From Chiloscyllium plagiosum (Eukaryota), in NCBI RefSeq assembly GCF_004010195.1, contig NC_057756.1, positions 2,202,020 through 2,265,807 of the forward strand: DNA of 63,788 bases, given 5' to 3'. The translations under genes and the position numbers were made by a program. Shown one piece after another: positions 12,594 through 25,944 of this stretch. Position 1 is the stretch's first letter. Each line of letters begins with the position of its first letter. The notes under the pieces were generated by a model that was given only the letters and a program-made list of their open reading frames with translations, had not been told where the DNA came from and searched no databases.

Positions 12594-12784
12594 AGATAGA
12601 CTGATACACCTAACTTCTGCTCTTTTGTTTTATTGTCTTTTTTTTTTGCTTAATCAGAATGAGAATAGATCCATTGAGAGTTGCAATTCAACTGAAATCT
12701 CGCATGCATTAAAAGAAGTACCGTCTCTGATGGTAGAATGCTTCCCAATATCCATTGTCTTTTTTTTAAAATTAATTTTACATA

Positions 12785-14450
12785 GAATAGAAAACTTAGA
12801 ACTTTGCAGTGCAGTACCGGCCCTTCGGCCCATGGAATTGCTCTGACTTACACAACCCAATCTGAAGCCATGTCTAACCTAAACTAGTCCATTCTCGTCC
12901 ATACACCTATCCAATGACCATTTAAATGCCTTTAATGTTAGCTAGTCCACTACTGTTACAGGCAATGCGTTCCACGCCACTACGACTCTCTGACAAAGCA
13001 AACTATCTCTGATATCTGTCCTGTCCTCCATCTATCACCCCTCAATGTAATGTTATGTCCACTCCTGCGGGCCATCGCCATCTGAGGAAAAAGAGCTATC
13101 ACTTTCCAAAATGTCTAACCCTCTGATTATTTCGATTAGATTCACGACCATGTGGATATAAGCCATTTTATTCAAAATGTCTGGAACAACCCTCTGAAGA
13201 GTAACCAACCCAGACCCATTTCTTTCTGCTTAATGCAACTAAAACGGTGCAAATCGTAGTATGGCCAATTCACCTAACCTGCACGCATTTGGACTGTGAG
13301 AAGAAGCCAGAGCACCCGCAAGAACTCCATGCAGCCACGAAGAGAATATACAAATGCCACAAAGACAGTCACTTGAGGCTGGAATTGAACCTTGATCCCA
13401 GGCACTATGAGGTAGCTGTGCTAACCACTGAGCCACCACGCAGCCTAGAAGCCATGCCTCAATTAAGTCACTTCTTAATCTTCTTCTCCATCACCAAAAA
13501 AGCCCAAGTCCACCAGTCATTCTTAGTAAGATACTCCCTCCCTACCATGTGTCATCCTAGTCAATTTCCTTTGAACCCTTTCTATATCTTCCGCATAATT
13601 CCGAAAATGAACTAATACAAATTGTATGCAATGTTCCAAATGTGGCCGCACCAGAGTTTTGTACAGCTACATCATGATCTCATGGTTTCAAAACTCAATC
13701 CCTCTATCAATAAAAACAAGCAAACCTATCAACCTGGTTGGCAACTTCAAGGGTCTATATACATGGATACTGATATATCTCTGCTCATCTATACTGCCAA
13801 AAATCTTACTATTAGCCACTAATCTGCATTCCTGTTATTCCTTAACAAGTGAAGCACCTCTCACTTTTCCACATTAAACTCAATTTGCCACGCCTCAACC
13901 CAGCTATTCAACTTATCTTTGTCTCTCTTTAACCTACAAAATCCTTCATCTCTACCCACAACACTACCAAATTTAGTGTCATCCGCCAATCTATCAACCC
14001 AACCGTATATGCACGCATCCAGTTCATTTATGAAACTGACAAACAACAGTAGGCCCAAACCCGATTCATGGAGTACCCAGCTCGTAACTGAAATCCAGGA
14101 TGAATATTTCCCATCAGCCACCACATTCTGTCTTCTTTCAGCTCGCCGGGCTCTACTCCAAACGCTAAATCACGCTCTGTCCCTGCGTCCGTGTTTTTTG
14201 TCAGATAGCCTATCGCGAGGAACCTCATCAAATGCCTTCCTGAATTCCATAAACACCACAACAACTGTGTTACGCTCATTCAACTGTTTGGTCACATTCT
14301 CAAAGAAAAATCCATAAGATTTGTGCAGCACGACATACCCTACACAAAATCGTGTTGACTATCCTTAATCAACTTATTTCTTTGTAGATGATTATAATTT
14401 TTTATAACCCTTTCCAATACTTTACCCACAACGGATGTAAGGATTACATG
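12785..14450 (-). mobile_element. CR1 LINE 3' part interrupted by a SINE
   Basis: ORF 13861-14124: SWISVTSWV..SGLGLLLFVSFINELD..LADDTK. Confidence 0.92.
13135..13440 (-). mobile_element. HE1-type V-SINE nested in CR1
   Basis: Head GTGGCTCAGTGGTTAGCACAGCT on minus strand; V-domain. Confidence 0.92.
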
Positions 14451-14539
14451 TCTCCGTTTGTTTTGAGTCATTATTGATTTTTTTTTCTGCCATCAAACAC
14501 CTAAAAGGCAATCAATTATCTATAATGATTCTTCTCTGA

Positions 14540-16005
14540 GAGCAGCAGCCCCAATGTACGTTGCATCAGTGTTTACGGAGGGACATAATGAATGTTTGGA
14601 TTGCCAATAGAAGTTTCATAAGTCTGGATCATGTTGACATATAGAGGGAACATGCGTAGGGCAGGCTAGAATTTATTAATGTGGACTGACGTCAGTGGTG
14701 GGAAAGTTGCTGGAGAAAGTACTGAGGGATAACATTTATTTATACTTGAAAAGAATGGGCGACATTGTTTTGTGCGGGAGAAGTCGTGCCTTACCAACTT
14801 AATAGTGTTATTTGAGGAAGTGATCAAGTCGATAAACGAAGGAAGGACTGTAGATGTCATATACATTGACTTTTGTAAGGCGTTTGATAACGTTCCCCAT
14901 GGTATACTAATAGAGAAAGTGAAGTCACGTGATGTGCAGGGTATTCTACCTGGATGGATAACGAACTGATTGAGCAACAAGAGACAGAGAGTATTAGTTG
15001 AAGTGAGTTTCTCAAAATGGAGAAAGTTGACAAGCGGTGTTCCACAAGGATCAGTACTGGGGCTATTGTTGCTTGTGATATACATAACTGATCTGGAAGA
15101 GGGAGGCTGATGGTATGATCAGCAAGCTTGCAAATGACACGTAGATGAGAGCAATAGCAGAAAGCGTAGGGGACTGTCCAGGAAACATGTTGCTAGATTG
15201 GAGTGTTGGGTGCAGAAGTGGCAGATGGATTTCAGCCCAGGCAAATTTGAGGTGAATATTTTGGGAAGCCAAATTCGAGAGCAAGTTATACAGTAAACAG
15301 AAGAGCTTTGCGAAACGTTGATGAGCAGAGACATCTGGGAGTTCAAGTCCATTGTTCCCCGAAGGTTGCTGCACAGGTGGATAGAGTGGTCAAGAAGGCT
15401 TATAGTATGCTTGCCTGTATTGAACGGGATACTGAGCATAACTGTTGGCAAGGCATCTTAAAATTATACACGACATTGTTTCAGCCGCATATAGAATACT
15501 TTGTATGGTTCTGGTCGCCACATTACCAACGGAATGTGAACACTTTCAAGAGGGTGCAGAGAAGGTTTATGAAAATGTTGTCTGATATTGAAGATGCTCG
15601 CTATGAGAAAGGTTTGTTTTCATTAGAAAAAGGGAGATTGAAGCCGGACATGGTTGAAGTCTACAAGATCATGAAGGATATAGACAAGGTAAATAGAGAT
15701 AGGCTTTTTACCAGGGTGAAGGCTTCAATAACGTGAGGTCACGCTTTCTAGGTGGGAGGTGAAAAATTTAAAGGGGATACACGCAGCAAGTACTTTACAC
15801 AGAGGGGACGGTAAGTGCCTTAAATGCGTTGCCAGCAGAGGTAGTAGACGGACAGATGCATGTGTAGGTGGGGAACAGAGGGATACAGATGCTTCGGAAT
15901 TGGGCAATGGGTATTAACAGTGGATTTGGATTGGAAAAGACTTGGACGGTGAAAGGGACTGTTCCTGGGTTGTAAATTTTCTTTGTTTTACTTTTTGTTT
16001 TTTTG
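14540..16005 (+). mobile_element. CR1 LINE 3' part
   Basis: KSCLTNLIVLFEEV, DFCKAFDNVPHG, HIEYFVWFWSPHY. Confidence 0.93.
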
Positions 16006-16059
16006 TATAGATTCGATTATGGGTTTACTGTAAGAATTTCTTTCTGACTTTCTTTTTGA

Positions 16060-19000
16060 ATACATGTTGTAAGGCAATTGTGCGAGCAGTCTTCCAGAAC
16101 CAAGACAGTAACGAGATTTGAAGGAGTTTTTTTTGTTTTGTTTTTATCAACTGAACGTGCTTGGCCAGCTATCACAGATCAGAATATTCAATATTTCCAT
16201 TTAGATTTAAACAGAATCTGTGTGAAATCAACGTAATTGAAACTGTCACTGTATGTCCGCTGAATGCTACACTCTCTGAATTTTTTTGTGTTATTTACTT
16301 TTCGTCCTGCATGAGAGAAGGACGTGTGAAAATCTGTGGCTGAAGTTTTCTTTTTCCCATGTGTGTTAATGAGGTGTCAGTATATGTGAACAGTTAATTA
16401 GCAAAATGTACTCTCTCTAGTATTTTGGTAAGTTTTCCAACAAAATTATATTATTCCAAATCACGTGTTCGTTGACTGCATTTTAACTACATAAATTAGT
16501 TAAGTTGCATTTTGCTTATGGTTAATATGAACAGTCAAAATACACCTAGAACTAACAGTTCATGTTTGGTTTAAAGTAAGAAAAGTTAATTTCCAAGGCA
16601 GTTCCTAAAATAATTTGAGCGTGTGTCGTCTCTTCCTTCATGAATGAGGGTCTTTGTTTTGGGATTAAAAAAAAATCTTCAACATCACATTTGGGTATAA
16701 CTGTTCAACTCAAAGGCAGTGCATGGCACGTGTTATTATGCTTTCTTTCGGTTGTTGAACTAGCTTGGTTTAAATAGGCTCTGCCTTGTTTTGTAATGGA
16801 TTTTTCAGTGGCTAACAGTTTCCTGGGGTAGGAAGAGGTCACTGCTGATTTTTATAGGTCGTGAGCAAGGCAAAGAATTTGGAATTAGCAAAGCATCTGG
16901 AATTGGGTTGTGCTTATCCATGCAAAAATTGGAGGCAATTGTCGAAATAGTTCAGAAATTTACGATTGCGTGAAATGTCATCACAATCTTTGGAAATGTC
17001 TAAAATTCAATTACAAATGAAGCAGTTTAGGCGTGTGTAGGAAAATAAACAGTATGAATTACGATTAAAGGCAGTGGAGAAAGGAAAGATGAGGAAGTCT
17101 TCGGCATAATGACACAGAAAAACCAAAAGAATAAATGCAAAAAGAGCAAGCAGAGAGAAGACTGAGAGTCTGAACTATTGAAGGTTTCCTTTAGACAGGA
17201 AAATCGACTTAAAAGTGTGCAGGTAAAAATTGAAGCGAGGAGGATAGTGACATAGAGCAATCCTCTTGTAGCCAAAGGCTTGGGTGCGGGGGTTTGTTGA
17301 TGCAAGGTGGGTGATCTCTTTACATGTGTTCAAAAGTAGCCGAAATTCGACGAGAATGTTGTAGAAGTCTATCTTCATTTCATTTGAGAAACTGTACAAA
17401 TAAATGAAATAGCCGATGACAGGTGGGTATTGTTGATTCAAACAAATTTAGAACTTGGAGCTAGTGAGACATTTGCATGGTTATCAGAGAAGGTATCTCA
17501 GGGGTATAATGAGATGAAAAATCCCATCTAATGGGCGTAAGAGCTAGCGCCAGTATCGTACAGACATCCTTGCATGAATCGAAAAACAGACCCTGAATTT
17601 GACGGGATCAAACAAAGTAATAGTAACAAATTAACTATGTGGTCCAAATTAAATCAAACGTATGGCCCTCTAATATAAATTATTATTTTGGACGAGTTTA
17701 AAAAATTTACTTCCTGCAATGGTGGTAATTCATGTAGGAGAGCAGAGATTTGACATTGCAAGATTAAAAGTGGAAATGGCAGATGATTCTGAATTGTTTC
17801 ACGTATCAAAGTTTAGCTTCCAACATAGATTTCATAAAGTGAGGGATAGAAATTGTGGAAAGCAGAAATCCTTAGTTGATAAAGGAAAAGTCGATGATGT
17901 TGAAAATAATAAAGATAATGCGATAATAAGTATTAATGAAGTCTAAGTTGGAGAAAGAGAAATAAAGTAGTAATAGAATTGGCCACATTAAGTCAAATTA
18001 TTGATGGTTTATTCAGAGCACTGAGAAGATGGATGTTGCAAACGGGATAATCCATCTAATTTTGTTGAGGTGTTAAAAGAAAGTAGATTGGATGCAATAG
18101 CAGAAGGTGCCAAGTCTCCTTGAGCAAGTTACTTATGACGGTAAGATTTGCTCATATACTCCAGAGGCAACAGTTATATAAAATATAATTTCAAGATCTA
18201 CATGATGATGTGAATCTTTGACGGAGGTAGATTAGGAGATGGACAATTCAGCAAATGCATTGCCAGAAACTTGGTCATATGTGGAATTCTTGGTGCGAAC
18301 AGCAGTTTACCATGATGTAAAGTGAGGTTGATGTGAGTCGTGAAAAGTGGAGAAGTGGTAGTAAGAGTACTGGAGAAAATCTTTTCAGCAGAATAAAATT
18401 TATTCTTGGAAATGATATAGCTGGAACACATTTGGAAGTAATACATACTGAGGTTGAAAAAGAAAGTGGAAAATTAGGCAACAGAGATGTTCCAGGACAT
18501 ACATCTTGGGACTTTTCCTGAGTGTGTGATAACAAGATTGGAAAACAGTATATTGAAGCAGGAGAAGAAATCAAAAAATAAAGATAAAGAAGGTAACACA
18601 CAAATATCAGATAGGATGTTTGATGAAATGGTTGAGAGAAAAAAAACAAGAGTAAGGGGAAGACCACGTGGTCATTTTGGGTTCAGAGAAATTAACTAAC
18701 TTACAACAGAAGGATGAAAAAAAAATAATGGAATCACAAATCACGCTGTGAAGAATACGCTGAGTATATCCCAGATTGCTGCTATCATAAAAAAAAAACG
18801 AAATCTTGATGAGCAAGTGGAAACTATCACAACTTAAGACGAATGATAAACGGGGAAGCTCATCTCGTGAAACGACAGGTGGATTGTGAAAAGAAGGTGA
18901 CGTGGCCAGCACGTTAATACCAAAACGAGGTTAAACCCAGGACAAAATGCAAAGACATTTTTCTTGGCTTGGAGTTCATAAAAACGTGTTTGAATGTTGT

Positions 19001-21340
19001 GGGATATATCAGGTCCACAAGATAATTGGAGCATACTTAACTAGCGCCTTTCAGAACTGTTACTGCATTTGAGGATCTTTATATAAGTATCTTAATTGAT
19101 TGCATAGAGCAACTATCTTCATTTAAAAATAGTGAGAATCAGTATCCCTTGCCAATAATAGATTGTCAACTGGATTCCCCCAGATTATTCCTTTATGCAG
19201 TGTCACAGCTGGAAGGATTGCAAAAAAAGAACTTAACACAGTTTTTCACTTGATGCTGACGGCGTCAGAGATACATTCGGGTCATGGGTCAATATATATA
19301 TCAAAATTGTTGAAGGATCTTATGGATAGCTTAGGAATAAAACAACTCAAATCCACTTTGTATGATCCAGAATCGCAGGAAGAAATAGAACATTGGCGTC
19401 AAACTTTAAAAGTCCCATCATATCTAGAGATTACATTCCAGGCTATCCGAGTGATTGGAATAAATTAACTCAGATTGCTGCTATCGTAAAAAATACGAAA
19501 TCTTCATGAACAAGTGGAAACTATCACAACTTAAGACGAATGATGAACGGAGAAGCTCATCTCGTGAAATGACAGGTGGATTGTGAAAAGAAGGTGACGT
19601 GGGCAGCACGTTAATACCAAAACGAGGTTAAACCCAAGAACTACCAAGCCAAACTAACAAAGTCACTAGATTTGATTTTCATTTAGAGCATGACTTGAGA
19701 AGACCACTGAAATCATTTCACGAGAAATGAATGGATCAGCGTTCAGAGACTATTTCATTGGGCTAGATGTCAAACATAAAGTAACGATTGAAAGTGAGCG
19801 GGTCGATTGGCTAGAACACCGTTAAAGGAAGGTCACCATGTGAGGAAATATGCAGCAGTCAAGAAATGAAGCATTCACAATATTGCTCATGAACGTTAAG
19901 TGTTAGTGTTAATTCCAGTGGTTGTTAAACCTTTAAAAGCTATCTTTCGTCAAGCATTCCAACGGAAAGGAAATTAAGTATGGTAATATTTGAATAGAAC
20001 GCCAGACGTGAAAAAATCTCATACATTGTGTCATGTGAATGTCCTCAAATAATGTTTCAATATAGATCAAAAGGAGAACGTGTTACTTGTTATAACACAC
20101 AGTGACGAACCATATTCAGCGGATAATAAATTAAATTGGACAAAGAGGAATTTCTCAAAATGAGAATAAATTATTGAGTTGCCTTCCAGAGGTAAATCAA
20201 TGTTAACTGCAAATTTTGTCACAAGTACATGCAGAGAAATGTAGAAAAAAAAAATAATGACACTTCTCTCATTTTACATGATGCAGATAAAGGAAATGCT
20301 TTTCCACGAAGGACATCCTTAACCAAGATTATATGCTGCCCACGATTATGTGAACTATTGCAATGCCAGTGCATTTACAAATATTGATTTGTATGCTCTT
20401 CGGCGTTTGTAAGACGATACTGATAATGTGGACCCTGCAATATTTGTTTCATAGAGGTACCTTTATCTGAAAGAATGATGGCAATTCCGAAATTCGTGAC
20501 ACAGAATGGATGGTAAGAATTAAAAGTTATCGCATTTGGTGTGGAAATGTGCGATCCACATTTGAAAGAAAAATCAAAAAAGAAAAACCTTTATTATGCA
20601 TTTGTGTGATGTACATTGACGATGCTTTTTTCGGCACGTATGAAAAGAACATCTGCAGCATCTAGTGAGTTGTGCGATCGAATTTGAAAGATTGGCTTGG
20701 TGATAAACCTGGTTCAGAGTGAGTTCGCAAAGGCCCATGGAAATGGACAGATGGTCACAGGGCATGCGAAAACAAACATTCTTGTCGATTGTCCATGTCA
20801 TCAACAAAACGACCAGAACTAAGGTTCCTAGAATTGGTGGGTTGCATCAGAATTTCAAACGGAAGATCAGCAATTTCTTGCTCCACTCTCTGAATTTCTG
20901 AAAACCTGCAGAGAATTTCAGTGGATGGCAGGCTGTCAGAATACATTTCACAGCCTAAAAGATGTGTTTACCACTGCCCCGCTGTTAAGCGTGCTTACTT
21001 ACGCAAAAGCAATTTAAGGTAGCTTTCAAAAAGTGTAATGTCAGTGTCGAAGTTGCTCTCGTAAAAAAGAAAACGCAATGAGTGAAAGATCAAGTCGATA
21101 GTGTTCCAGAAAATTAAATAAACGGCATTTTAAAACCCACGATTGAGAAAGAATCCTCGAGCTTCGTATTGGCTTTACAACTATTCAAAATGTGTGTTGC
21201 CAGCAATGTTTATGAGGTAATGGCACATGTTGTTCATAACTCCTCAAAGTTTCTGGTGAAATTTATGGAGCAAATACTACATTACTCAACGAAGCTAATT
21301 ATTGCAGCCATTCATTTCACCGAGACAACGTTTCAGAACG
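16060..21340 (+). mobile_element. Near-complete decayed Gmr1-like Gypsy: LTR, gag/SCAN-like, protease, integrase, RT, RNase H
   Basis: FISFEK/IIILDEFK gag remnants (~17370-17700); integrase LGIKQLKSTLYDPESQEEIEHWRQTLK (~19330-19410) precedes RT/RNH remnants (GLVINLVQSEFAKA ~20700). Confidence 0.9.
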
Positions 21341-21344
21341 AGTC

Positions 21345-21535
21345 ATTAGATTAGATTACTTACAGGATGGAAACAGGCCCTTCGGCCCAACAAGTCCACA
21401 CTGACCCGCCGAAGGGCAACCCACCCATACCCCTACCCCTACATTTACCGCTTTAACCTAACACTATGGGCAATTTAGCGTGGCCAATTTACCTGACCCT
21501 GCACATCTTTGGACTGTGGGAGGAAACCGGAGCAC
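21345..21535 (-). mobile_element. HE1-type V-SINE, 3' half
   Basis: ATTAGATTAGATT tail and V-domain. Confidence 0.92.
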
Positions 21536-21715
21536 TTATATGCTTGGATTCAAAGTAACGTACGTGAATTGTAGTGGGTGAATAGAGTATGGCAAAGGGT
21601 TTCTTTTTAAAATATGAATCAATTTTTGGATATATCTAGTTCGTTTTTATACAGGCTGGTATTTCATTGTTGTGACTTGAATAAGCTATTTTGTTGCTGT
21701 TTACAAAGAAGGCGG

Positions 21716-22265
21716 TACAACGGAGGGATCAAGCAGTCTATCAGAGTGACCAGAGTAAACAGCCTTGAATCTTTTTCATTTTGAAAACAATGATCAATCC
21801 CTGAATAGTTGTGGCCTTATCTCACAGATTAGAAGTTCTGAACTTTTGGCTTTAGATTTACGCAGTATTTATTCCGGTCTCAACAGAGTTGTAACATTAA
21901 TTGAATGTCTCCTAATGTTTCATGTCCATGAACTTTCATTTGATTTTATTTTTCCCCTCTGGTTGGGAGAACTACATACGAGAATTCGTGTCTGCCACTT
22001 CGTTTATTTGCCAAGGGGTGTGTCTATACGATGGCAGCCGTTTCGACGACAAATTCTCTGCTAAGTGTTCCAGTATTTTATTCTTTGATTGTCTGTAACG
22101 TCCAATGTTTAAATACATGGTGTTTTGGTTAATGTCGAATAATTTGACAGTCGCATTGCATTTTGGAGCAGTCTTTTCACATTTGCCTTTAAACATAGGT
22201 AAAGAAAGGAATGTTCCGGCTACTTGAATAAAATATTTGGAGAAGGCCTGGTCTGGCAAATAAAA
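21716..22265 (+). mobile_element. Solo LTR of the Gypsy family
   Basis: Resembles other LTRs here (TTGCCAAGGGGTGTGT.TAT; AAATATTTGGAG..GGTCTGG end). Confidence 0.7.
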
Positions 22266-22531
22266 CGATCTCTTGTTTCATGTAAAGATAGTCAAAAAGA
22301 TTCTGACATCAGAAATGATGGTTGTTTCCTCTCTTGTTTACCAATCAGTGTAGCATTTGTTACATTAAATGCTAACTTTCTGATGAAGCATAACAGCACC
22401 AGATCTCGAATCAGCACATCCGCTCTCGTGCCTCTATTTTCTTTTCTTTGTTTTTTTTTTTCTCACGTGTTCATGTATTATACATCTGGTCCACTGTTAA
22501 CAGCTCGAATCACATTGCAGTGCCATCTTAC

Positions 22532-23377
22532 CCTAGTACAGACTCTTGGAGGCGGTAACTGATCCTGTGCGTATTTGCATTATCCAAGCACAGGCATGAG
22601 TAAGCCCAATACAGTGTCGATTGACCACAGTGTGTTACGAATGAACTCTTACTTACATTTCCAGCGCAAATGCAGGATTCATAAACGTCATTTTTTAGAT
22701 CAGTGCAGACAACATTGGCAATGTTCTCTGGGGTTGAAAGATTGGGCTTGAGAATAGGGGATGTTGTCACTGGTTGGCTCCGGCGTCAGCATCTTTGAAG
22801 AGGTGTTGGAAGTGAAACCAATTTGGTGGGTCAGACGCAGCCATCTACGATGTGGTGTCGGAGAAGAAACAACTTGGAAAAAAAAGGCCTAACTAGTGGC
22901 GACATTGAAGTTGCTTCGGTCGAATGCAAATACTGGAGAGGCAGTGATGATTCTGAACCGACTTACGATTCGATTAGGAGGCAAGAGAATGTATGCATGC
23001 TGCCATTTAAGCGATACCTTTTCGTTTATGTGTATTTTGAGATTTTTTAAACTGGCGCCAGATCTCAGTGAAGAATGAAATCTTTTCTCTCAAGAAATGT
23101 ATTCATTAATTTATTCGTTCATTGACATTACACTGGCTTCTTTGTCATTTACAATTTTAATAATCAAGGGGACACAATGAAAGATGCTGCTGAAACGTTT
23201 ACAGTGGCGTTGCAATGTGCAAATGTGACTTTATAAATTGTATGACACAAATTTTCAACAACTCCAATGTTTGCAGTTAAACTCACAAGAATCTGAGGCA
23301 GAAACGACACACCAAAAAAATTCAATGATAACGAGGCAAATCGCTCTGAAGATATTCTAGAAGACATGAGCGCACAT
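22532..23377 (-). pseudogene. Decayed CD8-alpha-like IgV gene: leader exon 23287-23377, V exon ~23090-22657, small exon 22532-22564
   Basis: Leader MCAHVF*NIFRAICLVIIEFFWCVVSASDS ends phase 1 at GTGAGT; V reads HINEKVSLK(W)Q..IVS(R)FRIITASPVF and ILKPNLSTPENIANVVCTDLKNDV, then GTAAGT; 92-nt intron; CAG|33 nt|GTAAGA. Confidence 0.55.
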
Positions 23378-23539
23378 GTCAATCTTTATTTATTTTGTCA
23401 GACTTTCGAAAGGCATGACATCAAGATTTCATCTCAGAAAGTGAATTTGAAGGAAATTCCTTCACCGCGTTTGATCACGTACTATTGCACATAAATTGAA
23501 AATATTTTATCTACTGTTGATTTTTCTAAAAGATCATTC

Positions 23540-25720
23540 TGGTATTCTATCTTCAACACTCGCTCAGTCCTTGATTTCCCAACCCTCTGAAAAAGACTGA
23601 ATGCATTCATGCTATCCATGCCTTTCAAGATCTTATACTCTTCTATCAGATCCCATCCCATTCTCCGACGTTCAAAAGAAAAGGAAACAAGTCTTAGCAT
23701 TTCTAATCTCTCCCTGATTTTACACCCTTGAATCCTTACAATATCCTTGTAAATTTCCATTGCATTTTTTATTCCTGTTCAACAACATCGTTCTGACAGC
23801 AATTTGACCAAAATAAAAATGATGTTCCACGTGCTGTCCCACCAATGACTTGTGCAAGAGAAATATTTGACATTTATACGTAATGCCCTGAATAATGAAG
23901 GCCCGAGTGTGAATAGACCACTTCACCGCCCTGTCTATTCATAACTCTACTTTCTGAGAAATGTGCAACTGAACTCAAGGTCGCTCTGTTTACTGCACTC
24001 CATAAGACAATACCATTCACCATGAAACTCCTGTCTTGATTTGACTTTCTAAAATGCAACACCTCAACACTCCATTTGTCATTTCTAGTCCCACTTGCCT
24101 ATGGTCCTGCTGTAATTTTTGATAACTATTCTCACTGTCCAGAATCCCGCTTCTACTATACCTATCATCAAACCAATTGAGTACCCAATTTGCAGTTTCA
24201 CGGATTCTGTACAATCCAATCTTCCAGTGCACCTCCCATGTGAAACCTTTTTAAAAGTCTTACTGAAATCCACATAAACTAAATTTACTGCCCTGATCTC
24301 ATCAGCCTTCTTGATCCCTTTACCAAAGAACTTTAAGTAATTTCTGAGGCATGATGTCGCGCAAAGAAAGCCATGCTGACAATTCCTATTCAAACTCCGT
24401 CTTTCCAAAAACATGTATATCTTATCTCTCAGAATCTTCTCAAGTAACGAAACTCTCACAGATGTTGGACTTACTAATCTATATTTCCCAGGTTTTCTTT
24501 TCCAGCACTTCTTGAATAACGGCACAACGTTCACTGTCCGCCAGTTTTCCAGGACATCACCTATGTTGATATTGATGGAAATAAATAAGCTGTGGCCCCC
24601 ATAATTTCTTCTTTCACCACTTTCAGTGTCCTTGGGTATTTCTGTGCAGTACCAGGAGATTTGTTCCAACTTCACACATTCTAATATATCTGACACCTCC
24701 TGTAGTCTGTTGTAGAATGTCCCCAAGATATCATCAATAACTTCCAAAGTTCACAAGTTTCATGTCTTTGTCCACGGGAAAAATAGGGGAGAAGTATTCC
24801 TTTCTTATGTCAGCAATACACATGCATTTCCGTTTTGATTCTTGAGACGTCCTATTCTCTACTTAGCTATTCTTTATTTTTTATTTAACATATTTTAAGA
24901 TTCTCTTTGATTTCACCCTAACCTTCTCAGTCAAGTTAATCTCGTAATCCCTTTTGGTCCTTCTTATTTCCTTATTCAGGAAACTGCTATATACCATTAT
25001 ATACTTCCGGGATTCCCTTGAGCCCAGCCTCTGAGTGTGAGCCATGGTTCAATTTTGTTTTGTCTGCTCAAAGCCTCAGTATTTCTTATTGTCCCAGGTT
25101 CCATATTCCTGCCAATCTTACACTTTCCCCTCACGGGAACATATACAACTTGACCTCTATCTATCTCATTCCAAATGACGACCCACTCGCTGTATGTCCG
25201 TTTGCCTGCAAACAAACGATACCAAACAACTTCTGCAAGCTCCCGCATAATTCCTTCAAAATTTACAATGCCCGAAATTAAGTCTTGAACCTGGGAATAA
25301 ACTTTTTCCTTTCTCTAACTATTTTAAAATTGATGTAACTATTATCATTGGTATCAAAACGCAAACCCCCACCCCGCCCCCTAACTGTCAGCGTAGTCAA
25401 CTGTCCTGCTCTACTTCTAAAAAGTAGGACCGTCTGTATTCTGCTTTAGGAAAACTTCTGTACACACTTAACCAGTTCCACACCATGCCAGCCTTAGCGT
25501 TATGGCAATCCTAGTATATGTCAGGAAAATTAAAATCTCCCTAGTATGGCAAACCTATTGCTTCTGAAATGATCCACAATCTCATTGCATATTTGTTCCA
25601 CTAATTCCAATTGATCATTTTTGGGCCGATAGAACGACCCCAATAAAAGCATTATTCTCTTCCCATTTCGTTCTTCGACCTACAAAGACTCATTGAATGA
25701 AACCGAATTTAAATCTAAAT
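23540..25720 (-). mobile_element. Old CR1 LINE, long ORF2 fragment
   Basis: ORF 24085-24747: NWRTVNVVPLFKK..PGKYRLVS..QHGF..YVDFSKTFKKVSHG. Confidence 0.93.
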
Positions 25721-25944
25721 GCAAGTCATAAGTTGCTCCATGCCAAATCACAATCTGATGGCTTTGAACAAAAGGTTTCTGTCGATCTTGTGATGTCTTA
25801 AAATGCTTATCCATTTCAAAGTGTCTGGTCATTCAGTGCTTAACATCATAATCTTTTAAAGACGTTGCTGTCACTCAAAGGAACACGTTTGGTAAATATT
25901 CGAACCTAAACACTGTCTTGGGATAACAACTTTAGCAGTATCTA

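Larger units (their letters stand above)
11220..12630 (+). mobile_element. Old CR1 LINE 3' part containing two PLE-end insertions
   Basis: YL.DFKKAFDK, LYKALVRPCLEYC remnants and CR1 3' UTR. Confidence 0.88.

Noticed and set aside
22657..22966. GTAAGT at 22961-22966 as a donor giving a 216-nt Pro-rich adaptor or cytokine-like exon
   Set aside because: That exon has two stops; GTA AGT is better explained as Val-Ser of IVS(W)FR in a V domain
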